Source of the DNA: an uncultured Verrucomicrobia subdivision 3 bacterium
Lineage (GTDB): Bacteria; Verrucomicrobiota; Verrucomicrobiia; Limisphaerales; UBA11358
Length of the DNA: 64,000 bases
Direction: 5' to 3'
Assembly: GCA_903827955.1 (NCBI GenBank)
Contig: CAIKKJ010000054.1
Span: forward strand, 2,298 to 66,297
Position numbers and translations under genes: made by a program. Positions 1 to 8,877 of this stretch are shown piece by piece. Under the pieces are notes generated by a model that worked only from the letters and a program-made list of their open reading frames with translations, made no database searches and was not told where the DNA came from. The first letter of the stretch is position 1, and each line of letters opens with the position of its first letter.

Positions 1-467
1 ACCATTCTGTGAGGTTCAGACAGCTTGAGCAAAGCTTCGTTCAATTTTTTTTGCAGTTCAGACAGGGCCACATCTCGGGTGGGGGTCTTGTCGGAAATCA
101 ACGCCATCAAGTCCGGATCGTGCTCGGCATTGAAATCAATGTCATTCAGGCTCAAATGAAATTTATTCTTTCGCTGCTTGAGAAAATTAATGGTCTTGTT
201 GACGGCAATCCGGTAGAGCCAAGTGTAAAAAGTAGATCCGCCCTTGAATGATTTGAGGGCGGAATAGGCTTTGATGAACGCTTCCTGTGCAAGATCATTG
301 GCATCTTCGTGATTCGAAGTCATGTGATAAACGGTGGCGTAAATACGCTCCTGATAACGCTTCACCAGTTCGTCGTAGGCTTGCAAATCACCGCGCTGTG
401 CGCGTTTGACAAGGTCACCCTCCAGCATGCCGGCGGGTGTGTTCGGGTTGGCGGCGGGTTCGGACAT
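1..467 (-). CDS. ECF-type RNA polymerase sigma-70 factor (C-terminus cut by window edge)
   Basis: Minus-strand ATG at 467-465. Translation MSEPAANPNTPAGMLEGDLVKRAQRGDLQAYDELVKRYQERIYATVYHMTSNHEDANDLAQEAFIKAYSALKSF..FYTWLYRIAVNKTINFL matches the sigma-70 region 2 pattern. It starts 3 nt after the stop of the upstream gene. Not in the ORF track because it runs off the edge. Confidence 0.8.
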   Translation of the reverse strand, partial: MSEPAANPNTPAGMLEGDLVKRAQRGDLQAYDELVKRYQERIYATVYHMTSNHEDANDLAQEAFIKAYSALKSFKGGSTFYTWLYRIAVNKTINFLKQRKNKFHLSLNDIDFNAEHDPDLMALISDKTPTRDVALSELQKKLNEALLKLSEPHRM

Positions 468-469
468 AG

Positions 470-1603
470 TCATTGAACCGCCAAGGCCGCAGTTTGTTGC
501 GCAAGAAAATCGGTCAATTGCAATAGGCCGGTGCGACCGGCGGAAACCGGCAACCCGCACAATGCTGACCGCGCCTGTTCCAGAAACTTTTCAATCTCCT
601 GCACCGATGGTTCAAAGACTTCGTATTTCGCGAGCAAGGCGTTAACCAACGACAGATTTTCCGGCTGCCAATTTTTGATGGCGGACTCCAGACTGGTGCG
701 GTCGGCGGCGTTGGCGCGCTCCCAAGCCAGCAGCAACGGCCAGGTTAACTTGCCTTTCGCCAGATCCGTGCCAAGTGATTTGCCTGCCTCGGCCTCGGTG
801 CCGAATAAATCTACACAGTCGTCGTAAACCTGATACGCCGTGCCGAATGCCGTGCCAAATTCCTTCAATGCCGTGCGTTGCGCCTCTGTTGCGCTGCTCA
901 AAAATGCGGCGAGATCGCAGGCCAAAGTGAATAGTTCGCCAGTCTTCATCTCAATGACGCGAAAATAATCTCGACGGGAGGCGATGAAATTTCTCCGCTG
1001 CTGGGTCTGAATGATTTCGCCGGTGCAAACCGTGTTCGTCGCGGCAGAAACCGCCCGGCATACTTCAGTCGTGGGAAAACTTGCGGCCAGTTTCAACGCT
1101 TGCGCAAAAAGACAGTCGCCAAAAAGCACGGCAATTTCGTTTCCCCACTTCGCCGCCACGGTCGGGCTGCCACGGCGGATGTCCGCCTCATCCATCACGT
1201 CGTCATGAACCAGCGTGGCAAGATGAACCATCTCGATGATGACCGCTGCTTTGACATGCGCCTCGTTGGGTTTGCCGAAACAGGCGGCGGCAAGCGATAC
1301 CAGCGTTGGCCGCAGGTGCTTGCCGCTGTTGTTCAATGCATGTTCAGCATAAGACACCACTTGCGGGTCAAAGTCACGTGCCTGACGCACCAATTGTTGC
1401 GTCACGGCCTGCAAAAATGGCTCGACCGGTTCCACGATTTTTTTCCAGGAACAGGCCGGGACAGTTTCGGAGGCATGGCCGGATTTCGCATCCGACAATT
1501 TGGTTTCAGCAGCCAGCATTGGCGGCAGCTTAAATTCAGCCGCGCGGCGAGTCAAACCTGTTAATTGCCATGCCGGCGGTTTGGCTTGAATTTCGGCGCA
1601 CAA
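470..1603 (-). CDS. polyprenyl diphosphate synthase (IspB/octaprenyl-type)
   Basis: Two aspartate-rich motifs are present: LVHDDVMDEADIRRG and YQVYDDCVD. The true start may be the internal MLAAETK (about 1519). Confidence 0.85.
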   Translation of the reverse strand: MCAEIQAKPPAWQLTGLTRRAAEFKLPPMLAAETKLSDAKSGHASETVPACSWKKIVEPVEPFLQAVTQQLVRQARDFDPQVVSYAEHALNNSGKHLRPTLVSLAAACFGKPNEAHVKAAVIIEMVHLATLVHDDVMDEADIRRGSPTVAAKWGNEIAVLFGDCLFAQALKLAASFPTTEVCRAVSAATNTVCTGEIIQTQQRRNFIASRRDYFRVIEMKTGELFTLACDLAAFLSSATEAQRTALKEFGTAFGTAYQVYDDCVDLFGTEAEAGKSLGTDLAKGKLTWPLLLAWERANAADRTSLESAIKNWQPENLSLVNALLAKYEVFEPSVQEIEKFLEQARSALCGLPVSAGRTGLLQLTDFLAQQTAALAVQ

Positions 1604-1643
1604 ACGGCATCATGCGTGCATCGTTAAAAACCATCCGTCGCCG

Positions 1644-2732
1644 ATGAAAAATAAATCACTGACCGTGCCGCTGTTGATGACCGCCTCGCTGGCCTCCGTC
1701 GTCGCCCTAAACTTGGGTTGCGGCAAAAACACTTCCGCCCACCCAGAATCAGGAGCCACGCCGGAAGCCGGGGTCAACCCGGGTGGAACCATGACAAATG
1801 GCAACCGCACGACCAACGGGACGGTTGCTGCCGCAGTTGACGCAACCCAACCAGCAATAACCGCAACGGTTGCAGAAATCACCAACCCGCCCGCCGCCGT
1901 GACCACAACCCCGGTGACTGCACCAGCTACCCCAGAAATCGCACCGACCGCCCCTGCCATTAAATCGCAAACCAAAGTGGTTGAGATGCCCGCCACGATT
2001 CCGGTCGCGCCAAAAAGTTTTTACTCGCAAAATTTTGCCACCAACCGCTGCGACGCCTCCGCGCATGAAGATTATTTCTTCACCTTGCGCGCCGGTTACG
2101 AACATTCCGGCTACGGCGATAACAGCGATACCTGGTATGCCGGCATCAAATTTTATGCGCATCCCGAAAAACTCCGCGAGCGCGCCGGCAAAAATGCCTG
2201 GCTCGTGCCAGACGCCGATGCGGAAATATCCCACCATTTTTTAGCCAAGCCAAACGGCACGGCCAATCCCGGCACGGGCGAAGGCCTCCGGCTGCGCGCG
2301 GATTTTTACTGGTCATGGATCAACTGGAACACCTGCGTTCTTTCTCGGGAAAATTGTGCGTGCCCGTTTGCCCGGCCACTCAAGTTTTCGTTCGGCCCGG
2401 TGTTCAGCACCGGCTTTGACAAGACTTTTGACGACAGCGGATTTCGCTTTGCCCGTTACGGCGGCGCGCGGCTGTCGGTCAACCGCTACGCCTTCGTTCA
2501 ATACACCTTTGGCGAAACCGACGGACTCGGCCATCAGCATCAGGAACTTTCCGGCGAAATTCCGTTCTACATCAGCCACGACCAGCAGGTGCGTTACGTC
2601 ATCCGTGGCGAATGGAACCGTGCCAATCATGGCCTGCCAGACTACTACCAGATCGGTGCGTTCGCAGAAATGCCGCTATCGTTGCTGGCTCGCCCGCGCG
2701 AATGGCATGATTTGATTCCGTTCGCGGATTGA
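1644..2732 (+). CDS. hypothetical lipoprotein
   Basis: Signal peptide with lipobox (LNLGC), a Pro/Thr/Ala-rich linker, then an aromatic-rich C-terminal domain. An intrinsic terminator follows. Confidence 0.6.
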   Translation: MKNKSLTVPLLMTASLASVVALNLGCGKNTSAHPESGATPEAGVNPGGTMTNGNRTTNGTVAAAVDATQPAITATVAEITNPPAAVTTTPVTAPATPEIAPTAPAIKSQTKVVEMPATIPVAPKSFYSQNFATNRCDASAHEDYFFTLRAGYEHSGYGDNSDTWYAGIKFYAHPEKLRERAGKNAWLVPDADAEISHHFLAKPNGTANPGTGEGLRLRADFYWSWINWNTCVLSRENCACPFARPLKFSFGPVFSTGFDKTFDDSGFRFARYGGARLSVNRYAFVQYTFGETDGLGHQHQELSGEIPFYISHDQQVRYVIRGEWNRANHGLPDYYQIGAFAEMPLSLLARPREWHDLIPFAD

Positions 2733-2752
2733 TTCAAATTTGCGACCAGAAA

Positions 2753-2788
2753 CGCCGGGCAGGAAATTCCTGCCGGCGTTTTATTTTT
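2753..2788 (+). terminator. rho-independent terminator
   Basis: GC stem cgccgggcagg / cctgccggcg with loop aaatt, followed by ttttattttt. Confidence 0.75.
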
Positions 2789-2912
2789 CGGCAACGATGT
2801 GTCTTGTCGTGTCAAAAACACGAACACACGCGGGCAATAAATGTCCAGTTGGCGGATTTTTGAGGCAATAATTGCTGGAATTTCAAAGGTTTAAGAAAAT
2901 TTTGCCCGTGGC

Positions 2913-3299
2913 ATGGATGTTGCAAATGTTCGGCGCATGAGAAACAATTCTTTTGATCGCGCCATGAGCCAGATTGTTGCCCAGGCGGAAGCCGAGCGGG
3001 AACAGGAAGTCAAAGCCATCCGCCGCGCCGAACTTTTGGGCCGGGTGCGCAGCGTGTTTGTCTGGCTGTTCCTCGCAACCATCCTCATCTTCGCCTATAA
3101 CTTTCACGACAAGCTGACCGACGTGATGGATGTCGTGATGCCCGCCAAAAAATCGAACATTCTGGCAGCTTCAACCATGGGAGGTTCTGCGACTTCCAAG
3201 GAACCCACCGGCCAGGCGGCAGTCGCCTTGCGCGGCGCGGCGCAGAACGCTGCTGTGCGCGACAATTTGATTGAGGCACTCTCCTCCAACGGAAAATAA
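2913..3299 (+). CDS. hypothetical single-pass membrane protein
   Basis: 128-aa ORF with one hydrophobic helix (VFVWLFLATILIFAY). No recognisable family. Confidence 0.45.
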   Translation: MDVANVRRMRNNSFDRAMSQIVAQAEAEREQEVKAIRRAELLGRVRSVFVWLFLATILIFAYNFHDKLTDVMDVVMPAKKSNILAASTMGGSATSKEPTGQAAVALRGAAQNAAVRDNLIEALSSNGK

Positions 3300-3307
3300 T
3301 CTAGCCG

Positions 3308-3757
3308 CTAGCCGGCGATGCCTCCGGCGATATATTGTTCCAATTGCTCAATCGCCGCGTTCTGCGTGGAGATGATCCAGTTCACCAAATCGCCGATGGA
3401 AATAATCCCGGCGACCTTGCCTTCCTCGACGACTGGCAGGTGACGCACGCGATTTTCTGTCATCAACTTCATGCAGTGTTCCACCGAATCTGTCGGTGTC
3501 ACCGTGATGACTTCTTTCGGCATAATTTCCCACACCTGCGTTTGTTTGGAATTTTTACCATGCAGCGCAATTTTTCGCGTATAATCGCGCTCGGAAAAAA
3601 TCCCTGCCAGCTTCCCGCCAGACATGACCAGCAGCGCGCCAATGTTTTTTTCCGACATCAATTTGATGGCGTCGAAAACCGTTGCATCCGGGGCGATATT
3701 CCAGAGCGCAGAAGTTTTGTGGTGAAGCAATGAGCTGATCGGGTAGGTTGTCTTCAT
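3308..3757 (-). CDS. CBS domain pair protein
   Basis: Tandem CBS-like repeats (..GALLVMSGGKLAGIFSERD.., ..HLPVVEEGKVAGIISIGDL..). Confidence 0.8.
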   Translation of the reverse strand: MKTTYPISSLLHHKTSALWNIAPDATVFDAIKLMSEKNIGALLVMSGGKLAGIFSERDYTRKIALHGKNSKQTQVWEIMPKEVITVTPTDSVEHCMKLMTENRVRHLPVVEEGKVAGIISIGDLVNWIISTQNAAIEQLEQYIAGGIAG

Positions 3758-3865
3758 AGGCTTATAGCTGTTATCTGCCCGTTCCGTAGATTATTCAAGT
3801 AAAATTATTCCGGCGGGAAAATGAATAAGCTTTCCCGCCCTGCCCGCTCCTGCCAGACTGTATAT

Positions 3866-5080
3866 ATGTCTACAATCAACGATACACTGCCAACTGTCCT
3901 CCTCAAACCGGGTGAAGCCGACCGCATTGTTGCCGGCCATCCATGGGTATATCAGAACGAAATCCTCCGCCTCACCCAAGAAACCGCTGACGGAGATTTG
4001 GTTCAGGTCAAAGACCACCGCCAGCGACTGCTCGGGGTGGGCTACTACAACTCCAAATCTAAAATCGGGATCCGCCTGCTCGCGCCGGATCGTATCCGGC
4101 CCAATGAGGAGTTTTTCGAGGAACGCATCCGCGCCGCACTCGCCGTGCGGAAAAAATTTATGCCGGATGCCACCTCATTCCGCGTGGTCAACGCCGAAAG
4201 CGATTTTTTGAGCGGCCTTATTGTGGACAAATACGAGGACGTCCTCGTCGTGCAAATTTCCGCACTGGGCATGGATCGGCGAAAACAGCATATCGTGGCC
4301 GCGCTGGAAAAAATATTTTCTCCGCGCGCCATCATGGAACGCAGCGATGTCGCCGCGCGCAAGTTTGAAGGATTGGAACCTGCCAATGGCATTCTCTCTG
4401 GTGAATCTGATGGAAAAATTTCCGTTAACCTGAACGGCCTGAAATTTGAAACCGACCTCATTGCCGGCCACAAAACCGGAATGTATCTCGACCAGCAGGC
4501 GAACTACCAAGCTGTCTCCCAATTTGCCAAAGGCGGAAACGTCCTCGACTGCTTTAGTTTTCTTGGCGGGTTTGGCTTGCACGCCGCCCGCGCCGGCGCA
4601 GCACAAGTCCGATTGCTCGACCAGAGCGCGGACGCCATCGCCGCCTCCGAACGGAACGCCAAGACGAACGGCCTTGAAAAAAACTGCGCATTTGAGACGG
4701 TTAATGTTTTTGACTGGCTCAAGTTGAATACTGCCGTGAAGCCACACGAACGCGTCATTCCACGCTTTGATCTCATCATCCTCGACCCGCCGTCTTTCAC
4801 CCGCAACCGCGCTTCGGTGCCTGACGCGCTTCGCGGCTACAAGGAAATTCATCTACGTGCGCTTAAACTTTTGAAGCCCGGCGGCACGCTGGCAACCTTC
4901 TGCTGCTCGCACCACGTCAACACGGAATTATTTCAGGACTCACTGCTCTCGGCAGCATTCGATACGCGCCACGTATTGCGCCGCGTAGCAACTTACGCAC
5001 AAAGTCCTGACCATCCAATCATACCCATGATTCCCGAAACAGAATACCTGAAGGGCTTCGCCTTTGAAAAAGTCCGGTGA
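3866..5080 (+). CDS. rlmI: class I SAM-dependent rRNA (cytosine-C5) methyltransferase, RlmI-like
   Basis: PUA-like N-terminus LLKPGEADRIVAGHPWVYQNEI, SAM-binding core VLDCFSFLGGFG and IILDPPSF. The ORF opens at 3821, but the internal Met at 3866 fits the family N-terminus better. Confidence 0.8.
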   Translation: MSTINDTLPTVLLKPGEADRIVAGHPWVYQNEILRLTQETADGDLVQVKDHRQRLLGVGYYNSKSKIGIRLLAPDRIRPNEEFFEERIRAALAVRKKFMPDATSFRVVNAESDFLSGLIVDKYEDVLVVQISALGMDRRKQHIVAALEKIFSPRAIMERSDVAARKFEGLEPANGILSGESDGKISVNLNGLKFETDLIAGHKTGMYLDQQANYQAVSQFAKGGNVLDCFSFLGGFGLHAARAGAAQVRLLDQSADAIAASERNAKTNGLEKNCAFETVNVFDWLKLNTAVKPHERVIPRFDLIILDPPSFTRNRASVPDALRGYKEIHLRALKLLKPGGTLATFCCSHHVNTELFQDSLLSAAFDTRHVLRRVATYAQSPDHPIIPMIPETEYLKGFAFEKVR

Positions 5081-5162
5081 GTAACCTTGCCTAAACAATC
5101 CGAGAACAACTCTGATTATGATTTCGTGGCTGGGGGCATGTGGGTAATGTGCTAGGGAAAGC

Positions 5163-5440
5163 CCACATGAAAACAGATTAAACCTCACCAAACACAACGT
5201 TACGCAGCCTTTAAGCATTCAGCCGTGGAAGAAGGAATGCTCCGTCTGGAGTATTGCTGCGGAATCGAGCATCAATGAGCAAAGCCTGCATAAATGGAGA
5301 CAACAGTTCAAGGTGTCGCCGCCAGTCAACCGGGTTGCCGGGACGTTGGATCAACTCAAGCGGAGAGCTGCCGATTGCCGCACCGGATGATGCAGCTGCG
5401 GGACATTCTAAAAAAGGTGCAGGTTCAGAACATGGGTGAC
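5163..5440 (+). pseudogene. IS3-family OrfA (HTH) remnant, frameshifted
   Basis: One frame reads ..ECSVWSIAAESSINEQSLHKWRQQFK..LDQLKRRAADCRTG*. A second frame continues MMQLRDILKKV, the pattern of IS3 OrfA (HTH, leucine zipper, ERDILKKA). No OrfB follows. Confidence 0.55.
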
Positions 5441-5535
5441 GGGGATGGTTCAGGATACAAAACACTTAAAGAAGGTAATCCCGAGCGATAGGCTTCGGAA
5501 TGTCTTGGAAAACGAGTGAACCTAATTGAGTTGCA

Positions 5536-5782
5536 ATGAAAGCGCTGCGGACGGAGAGCTTCCGTGCGTTGTGTGCCGAATACGGGCTACAAGTGGCTGG
5601 ATCGGTTGCTGCGCTGGGGCGTGCAAGGTCTGGCGGAGCAATCACGCTGGCCCCACAACCTTCCAGAGCAATTGAACTCGGAGGTGGTCTGCAAGATGGT
5701 GCGGCCAAACAGCTTCACCCGCATTGAGGACCGCGCAAGATTCGGGCATTATATCAGCGTATCCACGGACAGGCTACCTCGG
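5536..5782 (+). pseudogene. IS481-like transposase N-terminal remnant (frameshifts plus TGA in place of Trp)
   Basis: Pieces lie in two frames: SFRALCAEYG / TGYKWLDRLLRWGVQGLAEQSRWPHNLPEQLNSEVVCKMV / KQLHPH*GPRKIRAL. The catalytic core is absent, and the fragment abuts the IS4 fragment. Confidence 0.55.
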
Positions 5783-6570
5783 TTAGCCGATGCGGCGCAT
5801 GAGGACGGGATAATCGTGCTGGGCCTTCAAGCCGGTCATCACGACGGTCTGGTCGAAACGCAATCCGGTGGTTTTGTCAACAGGCCGGGAGTAACGGCGG
5901 GCGCACCGGAAGTTTTGTTTGGCCCGGGTGACGAAGAACGCGCCGCATTGATGCAGCCGATGCCAGCGGGCAAGTCGAGATAGTCGCGGTCCATGATGTA
6001 AAACGAACCGGCTTCCCAGACCAGTTGGTCGAGGATGTTTACGTCATGCACACTGCCGGTGGAGACAATGATGACGGTGGGAAAGTTGCCCTGGAGGGTC
6101 AGCAGGGTGTGGAGTTTTATAGCGGCCTTGTGCCGACGGAAGTTGGCCCACGGAAAGAGCGAGAGGCAGAGGTCTATGGCGGTGGAGTCCAGCGCGTAAG
6201 CCGCCGCTTGGAGTTCAAAGTGAAAGGGTTCATCGGCGTAGAGCGCGGTGGCTTGCCGGATGAGGACGTGGGCGAAATCGGCAAAGATACGCCAGTCCCG
6301 CTTTTCATTGGCCACCGCCAACGTGTTGCGCGCGGTGGGTTGCCGGATGCCGGCGTGATAGAGCTTCGGGCCGAAGGCCGCCAGACAGGTTTCGATGTCG
6401 CGCAAACTTTCGCGCCACGTCAGTTGAGCAAACGCCAGCACGAGGAACTGTTCGTAGGTGGGCAGCTTGCGGACGCGGAAGTTGCCGTGGTAGCGGGCGA
6501 CACACTTGTCGAACTCGTATTTGGGCAGGAAGCTGAGGAGTTGGGCTAAGACGGTGCGACCTTCGTTCAT
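5783..6570 (-). pseudogene. IS4-family DDE transposase, frameshifted near 5975 and 3'-truncated
   Basis: N-terminus MNEGRTVLAQLLSFLPKYEFDKCVARYHGNFRVRKL... After FYIMDRDYLD the homologous reading continues in another frame (LARWHRLHQCGAFFVTRAKQNFRCARRYSRPVDKTTGLRFDQTVVMTGLKAQHDYPVLMRRIG*) and ends well before the expected C-terminal part of the DDE domain. Confidence 0.7.
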
Positions 6571-6889
6571 AAGGTGAAAAACTGCTGAAGTGCGGTGGAA
6601 CACCCTCGGAGAGGCGTCGCAGAGTTGAAATCAAAAAATGACCAGACAGCGGTTTTATCCAGATTTTACAATGGTAAAATCGCTGTCAGAAAAAACTAAA
6701 CGGACAGCATTGGTGTTACCTTTGTTCTGACTGCGCTAAAAACACTCATGCCTTCCACACTCACCTCCTGTCCACCAAATCAAGGCATAAGCATAATCCC
6801 AAAAACAGGCAAAAATAAGTTGTGCCATTTCGTTTTACTGTTATTTTTCCGGTGCTGTATTTTTTTTGTGGTAGTTTTTCATTATAAAT

Positions 6890-6967
6890 CGGGGCGTAGC
6901 GTAGTCTGGCTAGCGCGCTTGTTTCGGGTACAAGAGGTCGTGAGTTCGAATCTCACCGCCCCGACCA
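6890..6967 (+). tRNA. tRNA-Pro (anticodon CGG), CCA encoded
   Basis: Folded by hand. Acceptor CGGGGCG/CGCCCCG, anticodon stem CTTGT/ACAAG with loop TTCGGGT, T-arm GTGAG-TTCGAAT-CTCAC, discriminator A, CCA. Confidence 0.9.
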
Positions 6968-7076
6968 TTTTTAAAGGTTTTTTTGAAGGTTTGACACTTG
7001 AGCACACGGGAAGTCTTGAATAACGAGCCACTAAAGTTTGCGTTTTCGCCCGATGAGGCATTACAGAAATGTGCCT

Positions 7077-7215
7077 TCACCAAACTACCAATGAGCCGTA
7101 AGAAGTCAGTCAAAACCCGACTCAAGTCCCGTTAATCTTTTAGCCGATTCACCAAGCTGCCAACGAGCCGCAAGAAGTCGGTCAAAACTCGCCTAAAGTC
7201 CCGTTAATCTTCTAA
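7077..7215. repeat. tandem duplication, two units of about 71 bp (about 86% identical)
   Basis: Unit 1 is ttcaccaaactaccaatgagccgtaagaagtcagtcaaaacccgactcaagtcccgttaatctttt. Unit 2 is ttcaccaagctgccaacgagccgcaagaagtcggtcaaaactcgcctaaagtcccgttaatcttct. Confidence 0.85.
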
Positions 7216-7432
7216 GCAATTGCAATCAATGCCTTGCAACTATTCAAGTTTGATTTGTGCATAATCCGCAAATTAAGAGTTCACTTTTCCTTGACCGGTA
7301 GATGAAAAGATCTCATAGTCCTCGAATAACCACGAGGGATGACTATTGGTGTATTGTGATGGCTTGATGAACACGACTGAATCAGATGTGTTCATTTCAC
7401 TTTCTCCAACCTCGCAAATCAGGAGCTTAGCT

Positions 7433-7639
7433 ATGGCCAGCGGCAAAGTGAAATGGTTCGATAATAAAAAAGGGTTTGGCTTCATCGCCCAAGATTCCGG
7501 GCAGGACGTTTTTGTGCATCACACGTCCATTACCGGATTGGGCTTTAAGACACTGAATGAGGGCGATAGTGTAACATTCGACATCACGCCCAGTGATAAA
7601 GGCCTGAAGGCACAAAACGTCCAACGCTCCACTACCTGA
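7433..7639 (+). CDS. cspA: cold-shock protein (CspA family)
   Basis: MASGKVKWFDNKKGFGFIAQDSGQDVFVHHTSI carries the RNP-1/RNP-2 motifs. aggag lies upstream of the ATG, and the 5' leader is long. Confidence 0.92.
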   Translation: MASGKVKWFDNKKGFGFIAQDSGQDVFVHHTSITGLGFKTLNEGDSVTFDITPSDKGLKAQNVQRSTT

Positions 7640-7686
7640 AACAGAGAAACATTCCCAACGCCGCGCGGCTTTGCTAAGCTAAAGCC

Positions 7687-8877
7687 ATGGTGGAAAATCC
7701 GTCGGCTCCCAACCCCAGCAACGGCCGGATTACGAGCCTCTACATTCACGTCCCGTTTTGCGCGCACAAATGTGAATACTGTGCGTTCTACTCCGAGGCG
7801 AACTCCGGCGAACTCATCAACCGCTACGTCGGCGCACTCGTGAGCGAACTGGAAATCGTCGCGCACGATCTGAAACCCAAAACCATCTTCTTCGGCGGCG
7901 GCACGCCCTCACTGCTCAACCTGCGCCAGTGGGAAACCATTTTACGCGCGATGGAAAAACTCAACTTGCTCGGCGCGGAAGAATTCACCGTCGAAAGCAA
8001 TCCGGCGACCGTCTCCGCCGACAAATCCAAACTGCTCCGCGACTTCGGCGTAAATCGAATCTCGATGGGCGTGCAATCGCTGGATGAAAAACTGCTCGAC
8101 CGGCTCGGTCGGATTCATTCACGCGAACAGGTTTTCAAATCCTACGACACCCTGCGTTCGTCCGGCTTTGAAAATATCAATCTCGATTTGATGTTCGCCA
8201 TTCCCACGCAGACGCTGGATATCTGGCGCGCGACGCTCGACGAGATTTTTGCCATGCAGAGCGAGCATCTTTCCAGTTACGAGGTGATTTACGAAGACGA
8301 CACGCCGCTGTTTGAAAAGCTCAAGGCCGGTGAATTTTCCGTGGACGAGGAACTGGCCTACGATATGTATGAAGAATTGATTTCGCGCTCCGCCAACGCC
8401 GGTTTTCATCAGTATGAAATTGCAAATTTTGCAAAAACCAGCAACCAGCAACCAGCAACCAGCAACATCCCCAGCCGCGCCTGCCAGCACAATGTCAACT
8501 ACTGGCGCGGCGGCTCATATCACGGCCTCGGCCCCAGCGCGACGGGTTACGTTCGCGGCGTGCGCACAAAAAACTGGGCGAACACGCCGCTCTATTGCGA
8601 TCAATTGGAAAAAGGCAAACGCGCGATTGAATCCAGCGAGGAATTGCCGCCGCTGCGTCGCGCCGGGGAAATCGCCGCGTTCGGCTTGCGGATGAACGCC
8701 GGTTGGCCGTTTGCTGATTTCCAGCGCGCGACGAATTTTGATTTGCGAAACGAGTGGCCGTCCGAAATGAACCAGCTTGCCGAGCGTGGCTGGGCAAAAC
8801 GCGACGCGGAAAAATTTCAGCTCACCCACCAAGGATTGCGCTTTGCCGATGCGGCGGCGGAAATGTTTTTGCGCTAA
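7687..8877 (+). CDS. hemW: radical SAM heme chaperone HemW / HemN-like
   Basis: YIHVPFCAHKCEYCAFY (CxxxCxxC) with a HemN C-terminal-like domain. Confidence 0.85.
   Translation: MVENPSAPNPSNGRITSLYIHVPFCAHKCEYCAFYSEANSGELINRYVGALVSELEIVAHDLKPKTIFFGGGTPSLLNLRQWETILRAMEKLNLLGAEEFTVESNPATVSADKSKLLRDFGVNRISMGVQSLDEKLLDRLGRIHSREQVFKSYDTLRSSGFENINLDLMFAIPTQTLDIWRATLDEIFAMQSEHLSSYEVIYEDDTPLFEKLKAGEFSVDEELAYDMYEELISRSANAGFHQYEIANFAKTSNQQPATSNIPSRACQHNVNYWRGGSYHGLGPSATGYVRGVRTKNWANTPLYCDQLEKGKRAIESSEELPPLRRAGEIAAFGLRMNAGWPFADFQRATNFDLRNEWPSEMNQLAERGWAKRDAEKFQLTHQGLRFADAAAEMFLR

Noticed and set aside
5839-6603. 254-aa ORF taken as an intact transposase
   Set aside because: The last roughly 45 aa are out-of-frame read-through. 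The homologous continuation lies in another frame, and the C-terminal part of the DDE domain is missing, so it is annotated as a pseudogene.
6640-6700. TTATCCAGA near-DnaA-box and hairpin considered as an origin signal, given dnaG and holA in the window
   Set aside because: It is a single imperfect box with no cluster, no dnaA/dnaN context and no AT-rich unwinding element. It is more likely the terminal region of the decayed IS4 element.
6910-7125. 71-aa minus-strand ORF
   Set aside because: It runs antisense through the tRNA-Pro gene and into the tandem duplication. It has no coding signal.
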